A DNA stretch of 64,000 nt from Parcubacteria group bacterium GW2011_GWA2_43_11 (GTDB lineage Bacteria; Patescibacteriota; Minisyncoccia; Phycocordibacterales; UBA12088). Positions 18,946-27,882 of the stretch are shown in pieces. The position numbers were made by a program, and so were the translations under genes. Under the pieces are notes generated by a model that saw nothing but the letters and a program-made list of their open reading frames with translations, did not search any database and was not told the origin of the DNA. The stretch's first letter is position 1, and each line of letters opens with the position of its first letter. Location: contig LCFC01000004.1 in NCBI GenBank assembly GCA_000998805.1, positions 2,446-66,445 on the forward strand, in the 5' to 3' direction.

Positions 18946-20232
18946 ATGCAATATTATACATACGTCATAATCGGAGGAGGTATCGCGGGCACGACTGCTG
19001 CGGAAACTATTCGAAAAAACGACCCTGTTGGTTCAATAGCGATAGTTTCGGACGAACCTCACAATTGTTACTCTCGGGTACTACTCTCAAAGCCCAAATG
19101 GGTACTTGGGGAACAGCCATTCGAGAACGTATGGTTGAAAAGTGATGCGTGGTATAGAGAAAACAATATTCACCTATTCAAAGGGATTCGCGCTACCGAG
19201 CTTCAGTCAGGTGCTAAAATAGTGACGCTTTCTGATGGCGATAGTTTGCAGTACAAAAAACTTCTCTTAGCTACGGGAGCACATTCACGGAAATGGGATG
19301 TGAAAGGGTCCGATAAAAAAGGAATATATTATCTTCGTACAGTGGATGATGCTACGGCAATAAGTGAAGTGGCACAGGGTGAGCCAAAGCGGGTAATTAT
19401 GATAGGAAGCGCGTGTGTCTCATTTGAAATTATTGAAATACTGCATTCTCGGGGATTTACCGTCACGGAGGTGATGCGTGAGAGATACTTTTTTGAACCG
19501 CAGCTTAGTCCGGAAGAAGTTGCTCCTATCGAAAAAATGCTTGAAGAGAAAGGTATTGAAATCGTGCGAGAAGTGGAAGTGGCAGAAGTGCTCGGCGACA
19601 CGCAAGTCACAGGTGTTCGTCTCAGTAATGGGCGCGAGATACCATGCGATATTATCCTGCCGTTTATTGGAGTTGAGCTACCTGTCGGGTGGATACAAAA
19701 GGCAGGTGTTGCTACACACAAAGGAATTTATGCCAACCAGTTTCTTGAGACCAATGTTCCTGATGTATGGACAGCAGGAGACACTACTGAGTGTTGGGAC
19801 AGTATGTTAGAAGAAACTGTTATCATGGGTAACTGGATGAGTGCCCGTTTACAGGGTGAAATAGCAGGGAAAAACATGAGCAATGCTACAAAGGAGCCGT
19901 TTGCTCAAGTATCTTTCCACACCAGCCATGGTTTCGGTTTTCAAATAGGGTGGACTGGAGATGTGCGCGCACTTGAAGACCGCATAGTGATACACTACCC
20001 CACACCTCTCGAAAACAGTCATTGTCGAATCATTATTGCGAAAGGAAAAGTGATGGGTGGCACGACTGTCAACAGGCCTGATCTAATGGGTGCAATCACA
20101 AAACTCATCAAAGCAAAAGTAGACATGAGTGATAAGCTTGAAGGACTTAGGGATGGTACTGTAGATATAAAAACACTTGTTGCACCCGTTGTAAGCCCTA
20201 TCTCACAAACTCTTTCTCAACATCAAGAATAA
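18946..20232 (+). CDS. FAD-dependent pyridine-nucleotide-disulfide oxidoreductase (NAD(P)H oxidase / ferredoxin or rubredoxin reductase-like)
   Basis: N-terminal GGGIAGTTAA FAD fold and a second Rossmann motif MIGSACVSFE. Confidence 0.8.
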   Translation: MQYYTYVIIGGGIAGTTAAETIRKNDPVGSIAIVSDEPHNCYSRVLLSKPKWVLGEQPFENVWLKSDAWYRENNIHLFKGIRATELQSGAKIVTLSDGDSLQYKKLLLATGAHSRKWDVKGSDKKGIYYLRTVDDATAISEVAQGEPKRVIMIGSACVSFEIIEILHSRGFTVTEVMRERYFFEPQLSPEEVAPIEKMLEEKGIEIVREVEVAEVLGDTQVTGVRLSNGREIPCDIILPFIGVELPVGWIQKAGVATHKGIYANQFLETNVPDVWTAGDTTECWDSMLEETVIMGNWMSARLQGEIAGKNMSNATKEPFAQVSFHTSHGFGFQIGWTGDVRALEDRIVIHYPTPLENSHCRIIIAKGKVMGGTTVNRPDLMGAITKLIKAKVDMSDKLEGLRDGTVDIKTLVAPVVSPISQTLSQHQE

Positions 20233-20326
20233 ATGAACGGCGTACTATAAGCGTCGTAGGGCGTGCATATTTGCAAAGTTAATTTTTTGTTGTACTATAA
20301 TTAAAGGAGCTCAAAATTACTAAACC

Positions 20327-20626
20327 ATGAAAGGGGGTGCAAGCATGGAAGATTATGCAACATTGTTTCGGTTCGAGTGGAATAAGTTTATCCCACTTGA
20401 ATCAATACAGGGATTTCCACACGATTTTCGTATTTCACTTTTTAAAATAGGATTTACCCATGGATATCAAGATGATGTTTCGGGTCATTTCTTGGTACGG
20501 AAGACAGTGGGAGGAAAACAGGTATTGCGACACATTGGGGCGGGAGATTGGATACAAGTTCATCCTCGCATCAGGCTTAAAGTGAGAGGAGATTTGAGTG
20601 AGCGAAGTGTTGTTCTCCCATTGTAA
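20327..20626 (+). CDS. Hypothetical protein
   Basis: 99-aa ORF followed by two terminator hairpins at 20632–20680. Confidence 0.4.
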   Translation: MKGGASMEDYATLFRFEWNKFIPLESIQGFPHDFRISLFKIGFTHGYQDDVSGHFLVRKTVGGKQVLRHIGAGDWIQVHPRIRLKVRGDLSERSVVLPL

Positions 20627-20631
20627 ATTAA

Positions 20632-20686
20632 ACCAGCCTTTGTGCTGGTGTTGTTGGAACGACCCATTCCGGTGGGTCGTTTGTTG
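20632..20686 (+). terminator. Tandem terminator hairpins (ACCAGCCTTTGTGCTGGT; AACGACCCATTCCGGTGGGTCGTT + TGTTGTT)
   Basis: Two perfect stems; the second is followed by a T-rich run. Confidence 0.55.
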
Positions 20687-20815
20687 TTAACGATAGTCTT
20701 TTGAATTCAACGAGAATATTGATTAGTAGAAGAGTAGACAAAAATATATTTCAATGATATTTTCATGCTAGGTTCGTTCCATAGAATTCAGGCAAACCTT
20801 AACAAGGAGAAAAGT

Positions 20816-21151
20816 ATGGACGGGAAATATTCGGAGCTCTTTGGTATATATCACGTAACTAAAATTCTGTTCCAAAAGACTATTGAGAGGATTGGTAAGG
20901 AAAATTTTGATTATGATACCCTTCTGGGTTTTTTGGAACACAACAACTCCAGTGTGCTGGAAGGGACAAGAAGAATTCTTTTGCTTCATTATCCTGAGAA
21001 GCTGAGCCGTAACATGCTGTACAAATTTCGTGATTTCTCAGGAGATTACGACGTTCAAACAATGGCACTCGGTGTTTTGGAGGAAAGGAAAGTTCAGGAA
21101 GACGGTCTTCGTAAAAGAGCCGACAATGTGGTTGCGCTTTTTACCTGCTAA
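20816..21151 (+). CDS. Hypothetical protein (ATG at 20816 with an AAGGAG Shine-Dalgarno)
   Basis: AAGGAGAAAAGTATG. The ORF is open from 20765. Confidence 0.5.
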   Translation: MDGKYSELFGIYHVTKILFQKTIERIGKENFDYDTLLGFLEHNNSSVLEGTRRILLLHYPEKLSRNMLYKFRDFSGDYDVQTMALGVLEERKVQEDGLRKRADNVVALFTC

Positions 21152-21157
21152 GCGGTT

Positions 21158-21191
21158 CTTTTATCCCCCTGTCTTGCGACTGGGGGATAAA
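21158..21191 (+). terminator. Terminator hairpin TTTTATCCCCC…GGGGGATAAAA
   Basis: A 10-bp stem. Confidence 0.5.
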
Positions 21192-21301
21192 ACGTCTATT
21201 GGGAGGAGAATCAATAAGGGTTGACAACTGTCTATATTCATGCTAAACAAGAGTCAGGTACACATTTCGTGTGCTCTTTTAATTCAACATGGAGGTGTGT
21301 G

Positions 21302-21757
21302 ATGGAAAAGGAACGACGTGAGAGAATGGCCCTTTTACTTGCTTACAAAAAAACGCAGCTACATCCCGAACAAATACCTATCCGTGAGCAGAACAGTATT
21401 GCTGGTCAGCTTCATGATGCCGAGGGTAAGCGGTTGTTCCCTGGGAAAAATGGCAAGAAAGAATTCGCCAATTTTTTAGAAAGGTGTAAGGTCGGCAATT
21501 TTCTCGAACGTGATGGAGAAATTGCGGTAGCACTTATTCTTTTTAATCATCGAAAAAAAATGGCATCGATTCGACACGATGAAAAAGAAAAAGAACACTT
21601 CAAGCCACATTTAACCACGGATGAAGTCGTTGAACTCTTCACGGACGAAGAATATGCTCCTCTTGATTTTGACATGACTCAAAAAATTGAGTTTGCAGAA
21701 TTTGTAAATTGGCTGAAGGAGGTCGCATACCATCAGGTTACACGAAGTCATAAGTAA
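21302..21757 (+). CDS. Hypothetical protein (ATG at 21302 with a GGAGGTG Shine-Dalgarno)
   Basis: GGAGGTGTGTGATG. The ORF is open from 21221. Confidence 0.5.
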   Translation: MEKERRERMALLLAYKKTQLHPEQIPIREQNSIAGQLHDAEGKRLFPGKNGKKEFANFLERCKVGNFLERDGEIAVALILFNHRKKMASIRHDEKEKEHFKPHLTTDEVVELFTDEEYAPLDFDMTQKIEFAEFVNWLKEVAYHQVTRSHK

Positions 21758-21963
21758 CACGTTTTTAACACGTAACAATCTAAGACTTGGTTGGGACAAG
21801 ACAATCTCCCCTTATTGGCTCGCAACGTAGGGTTGCAACGAGCGTCCACTCTTAGTAAAAGGACCGTATTTATACGGGCCTTTTTGTTTTCATACAAAAT
21901 TTCAGGACTTACTCAAACAGACTGGAGGTTAAAACGTTTCTTGAGAAGAGACGGATTGTGGTT

Positions 21964-22087
21964 TAGGACTTATTCAAACGGATGCAGTTCAAGGAAAACG
22001 AGCAAAATGGAGTGAGCGGTACACGTCGTACCTTGAACGACATTTTGTGAAGTTTGACGCCGAAATGTGCCGTTTAAATAAGTCCTA
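21964..22087. mobile_element. MITE-like element copy E (about 124 bp), terminal inverted repeats TAGGACTTATTCAAACGG / CCGTTTAAATAAGTCCTA. Its last 3 nt (TAG on the minus strand) are the acd stop codon.
   Basis: The acd ORF ends …IMVK-TAG, where the TAG is the terminal TAGGAC of the element. Confidence 0.75.
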
Positions 22088-24124
22088 CTTCACCATGATA
22101 CGAGCATCAACAATCCGCGCACCTGTAGCGGTGGCAAAGACTGGATTGAAGTCTATTTCCTCAATCTCTTTGTGTTCCAATGAAAGCTTTGAAAGATAAG
22201 CGATAACTTCTGCGAGGGCTTGTAGGTCAACTGGTACACTCCCTCGTGCTCCAGTAAGTAATGGCAGTCCATGTATTTCTTGTATTTGTTTGAGCGCCTC
22301 CTCTACAGTGACGGGAGCTATGCGGATGGAAGAGTCTTTCAGTATTTCTACAAATATTCCTCCTAGTCCAAAGACTATCGTAGGACCAAAGATGGGGTCT
22401 CGCTTCATGCCCACTATACACTCCACACCTTTAATCATCGGCTGTATGAGCATACCGTCGATGATAGCACCTTCTGTGTGTTTTCCGACGTATGTTTCTA
22501 TATCGTCCCATGCATGTAACAGTGCTTCAGCGTTTGCGAGGCGAAGTTTGACAGCTTGCAAATCACTTTTGTGCACCAGTTGCATTGAGATTGCTTTCAT
22601 AGCATAGGGTCCTGTCCCAAGCTTCGTGATAGCTTTCGAAAGTTCTTCTTTATTTTTCACAAATACTCCTTCGAGACTCATGTCGTACTCTCGTAAAATA
22701 GCTTGCATACCCTCAAAGGAAAGCATGGAGAGGTGCGTTGAAAGACGAGGGGTGGGAGGTGTTGAGTCAGGCACTTTCGCCGAATGGCGCGCCAATGCAT
22801 CAAGCGACTCGACTGCGTCTGTTGGAGAATCAAAGCTCACCATACCAGCCTGCTTGAGTATGTCTATGCCCGCTTCTACCGTAGCACCACCCATAAAGAC
22901 TGGGATGATTGGTTTTTTAGCATGTTCTGAAATAAGTACCTCGGCAATTCCTGCAGGATCAGTCATCATCTGTGGAGTCACAAGGGCAATGATGATATCA
23001 ACCTCGGGTATGTCGCTCAAAATGTTAAGTACGTCTTTATACCTACTAGGGCCAGCATCACCTATTACGTCGACAGGGTTACCCACTGCTGCCATAGGAG
23101 GAAGGACGCTTCGAAGTGCTTCTTTGGTTTCATCAGAGAAGGTTACAAGTGAAAGTGAGTTTGAGAGTCCGATAAGGTCTGCGGTGTTTACAGATGGTCC
23201 TCCACCATTTGTAACAATTGCGATTCGTTGTAGCTCTTTTGTCGTGAGTCCGAGCTTCAATAGTTTGGAGAGAGAGAAGAGTGTGCGGAGCGAGTCCACA
23301 GGGATAGCGCCAACTTGTGCAAGCGCAGCCCCAAAGACTTTATCCGAAGGTGCGAGTGAGCCTGTGTGGCTTGCGACCGCAGCAGAGCCTCGTGTGCTTC
23401 TACCTGCTCGCAAGACAACGAGCGGTTTCTTTTTTGCAAGTCGTCGTGCAAGTTCAAGAAAACGTGGTCCATCACTCACTTTTTCAATATAGAGAAGCAC
23501 CGCTTTAGTGTCCTCATCATCTATAAGGTATTCCAAGAACTCAAGCTCAGTGAGAGATGCTTCATTGCCAAGGCTTACAAACTTGGAAAAACCAACGCCT
23601 TCTTTATTTGCCCAGTCTAATAGTGCGGTACCGAGTGCTCCTGATTGTGAGACAAAAGCAGTGCTACCTTTCGAAGGTTTACCAACTGCAAAGGACGCAT
23701 TCCAGTCTGCGTGTGCGTTCATAATACCGAGGCAATTGGGACCGAGGAGTGTGATGTCGTGCTTGTGTGCAATTTCGGCGATACCTTCCTCAAGCTTTTT
23801 ACCTCCTTCTCCCATTTCTTTAAAGCCTGCGGAAATAACAATAGCCGAATGTATACCTTTTTCTGCGCACTCTTCGAGTATTGAAGCAACGATATCAGCG
23901 CGTACCGCGATGACCGCAAGGTCTACGTCTCCGGGGATGATTTTGACTGATGTGTATGCCACATGACCAAACACTTCTGTCTCACTCAAGGTGACAGGGT
24001 ATACTTCTCGCACACTTCCCGCGAGAATGTTTTTCATGAGAGCATAGCCCACCTTTGATTCGTCATTAGTTGCACCGATTACAGCGACCTTGTTTGGGTT
24101 GAAAAGGGTATGTAAATTTATCAT
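22085..24124 (-). CDS. Acetate--CoA ligase (ADP-forming), fused alpha/beta subunits
   Basis: 679 aa with a CoA-binding N-terminus VAVIGATNDESKVGYALMKN, succinyl-CoA-synthetase-like folds, and an ATP-grasp C-terminal domain. Confidence 0.9.
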   Translation of the reverse strand: MINLHTLFNPNKVAVIGATNDESKVGYALMKNILAGSVREVYPVTLSETEVFGHVAYTSVKIIPGDVDLAVIAVRADIVASILEECAEKGIHSAIVISAGFKEMGEGGKKLEEGIAEIAHKHDITLLGPNCLGIMNAHADWNASFAVGKPSKGSTAFVSQSGALGTALLDWANKEGVGFSKFVSLGNEASLTELEFLEYLIDDEDTKAVLLYIEKVSDGPRFLELARRLAKKKPLVVLRAGRSTRGSAAVASHTGSLAPSDKVFGAALAQVGAIPVDSLRTLFSLSKLLKLGLTTKELQRIAIVTNGGGPSVNTADLIGLSNSLSLVTFSDETKEALRSVLPPMAAVGNPVDVIGDAGPSRYKDVLNILSDIPEVDIIIALVTPQMMTDPAGIAEVLISEHAKKPIIPVFMGGATVEAGIDILKQAGMVSFDSPTDAVESLDALARHSAKVPDSTPPTPRLSTHLSMLSFEGMQAILREYDMSLEGVFVKNKEELSKAITKLGTGPYAMKAISMQLVHKSDLQAVKLRLANAEALLHAWDDIETYVGKHTEGAIIDGMLIQPMIKGVECIVGMKRDPIFGPTIVFGLGGIFVEILKDSSIRIAPVTVEEALKQIQEIHGLPLLTGARGSVPVDLQALAEVIAYLSKLSLEHKEIEEIDFNPVFATATGARIVDARIMVK

Positions 24125-24217
24125 CTCTATATTCTACAGGCAGTTGTATAGATGGCTCAAATTTTATATGTGAGCGTAATACTCTTGTAAGATTTTTGGC
24201 AGGGGTGAAGTGTACAT

Positions 24218-24517
24218 AAGGACTTACGCAAACACGGATGCGACCTAATTTTCAAGGAGCGCAGCGACTATGAAAATGAAAATGCCCTTGTGGTACAGCT
24301 CGACTTGTCCGCCGTAGCTTTTGCAGAGGTGGAAGCAAGTTTTTTTAGAAACTACGCCCCCATACTGAAGTCGTGCACGTTCCCGTATTACGTCAGGACT
24401 TACGCAAACGGATGAAGTTCAAGGCACCCAAGCAAAATAGAGCGAGTTGTATGAACAATACTACGAGAGATATTTTGTGCTGGGCAACGATGAAATACGC
24501 TGTTTGTGTATGTCCTA
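24218..24517. mobile_element. Two adjacent MITE-like copies, F1 at 24218–24394 and F2 at 24395–24517. The end of F2 provides the TAG stop of the downstream 2-oxoacid oxidoreductase beta gene.
   Basis: aAGGACTTACGCAAACacGG… and …CAGGACTTACGCAAACGG…CTGTTTGTGTATGTCCTA. The internal core of F2 matches copy A. Confidence 0.7.
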
Positions 24518-25294
24518 AACTAACTCCTCAAAGGTTGGTTTAAAGGTCTGGTAGATAATACCGCAAGGAACCTTGTCAGCAGTTTTCATGCGCGCGACCT
24601 TAAATGCACAGTCGAGGTTGCCTTTCTTATGTTTTTCATCAAGCCAGTAGACTCGTTCTTTATAGTATTCACGGGTATCAAAGAAGGTGATGCAGGGCTG
24701 AATAATCTCTACAAACGCAAAACCTTTATGAAGCATAGCTTCTTTCATGATTTCTTTTGTTCTCTTGATGTCAGATGCAAAGGTGCGTGCTATAAACGTC
24801 GCTCCCATAGCAAGCATGATGAGTGCGGGATTGATGGGTTCGTTGATAGAGCCCTCAGGCATGGTGCCACCTTTAAATCCCTTGGGGCTTGTCGCTGTCG
24901 CTTGTCCCGTCGTAAGAGCAAATACTTGGTTGTTGTGGAGGAAGATAGAAATGTCGCTGTTGCTACGCGCAGCATGCGTGATATGACTAAATCCCTCTGA
25001 AAAAGAATCACCATCTCCCGAAAAGCCGACAACCGTGAGCTTGGGGTTTGCGAGCTTGATACCTGTGAGTGATGGAACGATTCGTCCATGAAGGGAATTG
25101 AATGTGTTGATCTCAAGATAGTCACTTATTTTGCCATGACAGCCAACTCCTGCTCCCGCAACGATGTTGTGGATCTCTATCGAGCCCGCAGAGACAAATT
25201 CCTCGACAGCCTGACGAAATGCAACCAGTATTTGGCTGTTTGGGCACCCGGCGCACCAGGTAATTTTTATGTCTGTGGTAAGGTCAAGAGCCAT
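24515..25294 (-). CDS. 2-oxoacid:ferredoxin oxidoreductase beta subunit (TPP-binding)
   Basis: WCAGCPNSQI… and the TPP-binding GDG…N motif; 259 aa. Confidence 0.9.
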   Translation of the reverse strand: MALDLTTDIKITWCAGCPNSQILVAFRQAVEEFVSAGSIEIHNIVAGAGVGCHGKISDYLEINTFNSLHGRIVPSLTGIKLANPKLTVVGFSGDGDSFSEGFSHITHAARSNSDISIFLHNNQVFALTTGQATATSPKGFKGGTMPEGSINEPINPALIMLAMGATFIARTFASDIKRTKEIMKEAMLHKGFAFVEIIQPCITFFDTREYYKERVYWLDEKHKKGNLDCAFKVARMKTADKVPCGIIYQTFKPTFEELV

Positions 25295-25299
25295 AATAT

Positions 25300-27021
25300 T
25301 TATATAAACTTATTTATTTCCTCTGCGAGTTGAGTAGGGGTAAATGGTTGTGCGTCGTACTTGAGTACTTTGTTGTGAATTTCAATACTCGTTTTTTCAC
25401 GTATGAGTGCCGCGAGCTGTGCGGTGTGGTTGGCTTCCACATCTATTATTACTCGCGCGCCACTAAGCTCAGCTTTGATACGATCTGCATCAAACGGCTC
25501 CATCCAGAGTACTTGCACGAGCTTGGCAGGAGATTTTAGCTGCTTACGTGCTTCAAGCATAGCACCTTTTGTTGAGCCCCAGAAGACTATCACTACATCG
25601 CTCCATTCATCCCCGTATGTCTTTACCGTCGGGAACCATGCGAAATCTTGGTACAGCCCATTAAGCTTACGAAAACGTTTATCTTGCATTGTTTGTACAT
25701 CGGCCTTGTCTTCAACAGCCTCACCCTCTTCGTTGTGTTCATAGCTTGTTGCTTTTACTACCACGTTTGCCTTACCAGGGAATGCAAGAGGAGATATTCC
25801 ATCTTCAGTTATCTTGTATCGTACATAGTGTGAGCCGACAGGGACAGCACGCTTACCAAAGTCAGGTCCTTTGCTCTTGGTATCGAGCGTCACTGATTTG
25901 TAACTCTCAGAAAGATGTTTGTCAGAGAGTATAACAGCAGGGAGTTGGTACTTCCACGCAAGATTGAGTGCATCAGCTGCACACTCGAAACATTCCTCCA
26001 CGTCTCCTGGAGCTATCACTAATCGAGGAAACTCTCCATGTCCTGCGTGTAAGATAAACTGCAAGTCCCCTTGGCTTGTGTGGGTCGCTACTCCTGTAGC
26101 AGGCCCCATACGCATAGCAACCATGATAGCGATAGGGATTTCGGAAACGCCAGCGAGTGAGAAGGTCTCTTGCATGAGTGCGAATCCACCGTTTGCGGTA
26201 CCCACTGCTGTACGCTTACCCGCATAGCTCATGCCGAGTGCCATATTGAGTACGGCTATTTCATCTTCCGGGTGTACCACTTTAAGACCTGTTTTCTTTG
26301 CCATTTTTGCTAGAAACTGAAGTGTGGAGGTAGAAGGAGTCATAGGGTAGCCAACGTACGCTTCAAGTCCGGCAGCCAAGAAACCTTTTGCTATGGCTTT
26401 GTTACCATCCATTACTTCACCAATCTCGCCGTGTTCGGTAGGGATGTCGCACACATCTTGAGGGACACCAAGCTTTTTGACATGGTTGTATCCTTTCTCC
26501 ACAAGCGCAACATTCATTTCTGAGCCAACGTTTGCGTACACCTTGTCTGCGAGCATCTTGAGCTGATTCAAAGGGATACCAAGCGTGTACCCGTATGCAC
26601 CAAAGGCACTTGAAGTACGTGCTACTTGAGGTGCTTTTAATTCCTCAGCTATTTTTTTCATGGGGAGAGGAATGAGGTCGATTCCAAGGTCCTTAACTTC
26701 AGAAAGGTATGCCTCTTCCACAAATACACGAGCACCTTCTTTAAGTGAGTGTTGATGCACGAGTACCGACTCTGCATTGACAGCTACCAACACATCAAGC
26801 TCTTTGTAGTCTGCATATACGGGCTCAATGCTGTAGCTTATGCGGGCAAAGTTGTGACCTCCTCGTATGAGAGAAGGGTAATCAAATGAGGAGAATGTTT
26901 TGTAGCCAAGCTCGTTTAGGAGTTCTGAAAAGTTGATGCCTGCCTCGCGGGCACCATCACCTGCAGCACCGCCGATAGCTATTGTTTTTATACCGTTAGA
27001 GGTTGTATTTGAATCAGTCAT
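25300..27021 (-). CDS. 2-oxoacid:ferredoxin oxidoreductase alpha subunit (fused gamma-alpha)
   Basis: N-terminal gamma-like IAIGGAAGDG…LIRGGH, then the alpha domain GYPMTPSTS…; 573 aa. Confidence 0.9.
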   Translation of the reverse strand: MTDSNTTSNGIKTIAIGGAAGDGAREAGINFSELLNELGYKTFSSFDYPSLIRGGHNFARISYSIEPVYADYKELDVLVAVNAESVLVHQHSLKEGARVFVEEAYLSEVKDLGIDLIPLPMKKIAEELKAPQVARTSSAFGAYGYTLGIPLNQLKMLADKVYANVGSEMNVALVEKGYNHVKKLGVPQDVCDIPTEHGEIGEVMDGNKAIAKGFLAAGLEAYVGYPMTPSTSTLQFLAKMAKKTGLKVVHPEDEIAVLNMALGMSYAGKRTAVGTANGGFALMQETFSLAGVSEIPIAIMVAMRMGPATGVATHTSQGDLQFILHAGHGEFPRLVIAPGDVEECFECAADALNLAWKYQLPAVILSDKHLSESYKSVTLDTKSKGPDFGKRAVPVGSHYVRYKITEDGISPLAFPGKANVVVKATSYEHNEEGEAVEDKADVQTMQDKRFRKLNGLYQDFAWFPTVKTYGDEWSDVVIVFWGSTKGAMLEARKQLKSPAKLVQVLWMEPFDADRIKAELSGARVIIDVEANHTAQLAALIREKTSIEIHNKVLKYDAQPFTPTQLAEEINKFI

Positions 27022-27356
27022 GTATCAAAAAATAAACGAGCTTTCAGTTTCGATATGCTACCGTCAACGTGTAACGATACCAGCGTTCAATGTGTTGAGT
27101 ATACCTTGCTTGAAGTGTAGTGCACAGTAAAGCTATCCACTTTTAAAAAAGTTAAAAGTTAAATGTTGAAAGTTATAAAATTGAAAGCTACTCTATTTTC
27201 GTAACTCGCAAACTCGTCAATCAATTAGACTTTTTGAAATATAGGAGTATAAAGTTATAAACACGAGCAAATTTACTGGAGGTATAGTTTGCTATTATAC
27301 GTGTAGGTAGTCATTTTGTTTTTGTAAAGATAAAAATCTGGTAACGGAGGTGCTAG

Positions 27357-27734
27357 ATGAATACTGTTCTTTTTATTCTTACAAAGTGTAAAAATGGCAA
27401 GGAACAGATAAGTATTTATAGCGTTCCTCTGGAAAAATATGTGCCTGTAGCACAGTACGCGTATTTAGAAGAGGGTCGTTCTGTTCCTATACAAGGACAT
27501 GCCGTGGCCTTTGATGGAGAAGGGTTACGAGGTATTTTCAGTATCACTGCTGTTTATCAGGGGAGTGGTCATGTAATTCTCCCTGAACTAGGGAGCAAAA
27601 AAACATTTGGTGAGTTGGATGACATTGTTAACTGGTACCGTGTATACATTGTCTACGAACCTGAATTTGAAGAAAAAGTTCCTTTGGATGCAATTCCGGT
27701 TATGCATCCCGTGCTACAGATGTCGTTTGACTAA
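27357..27734 (+). CDS. Hypothetical protein
   Basis: 125-aa ORF with no recognised motif. Confidence 0.45.
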   Translation: MNTVLFILTKCKNGKEQISIYSVPLEKYVPVAQYAYLEEGRSVPIQGHAVAFDGEGLRGIFSITAVYQGSGHVILPELGSKKTFGELDDIVNWYRVYIVYEPEFEEKVPLDAIPVMHPVLQMSFD

Positions 27735-27882
27735 AGACGCAAGAGAAAAGAAATAGCCCATACATTGCAAGGTGTATGGGCTAAACTGCGTTATTTTTTA
27801 TTTGCATTAACTGTTTGATGAGAGTGAGACAAAACGCAGTGTTTAATAGTATACTTATAATAATTATTATTTATATATAACT

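Noticed and set aside
22290-23966. Several plus-strand ORFs (105, 288 and 152 aa) inside the acetyl-CoA synthetase gene
   Set aside because: They are antisense to a 679-aa gene with clear acetyl-CoA-synthetase homology. Their Ser/Ala/Pro-rich compositions are typical of shadow frames.
25403-26227. Plus-strand ORFs within the 2-oxoacid oxidoreductase alpha gene, and the 26933–27130 ORF overlapping its start
   Set aside because: They are antisense to a conserved gene with no support of their own.
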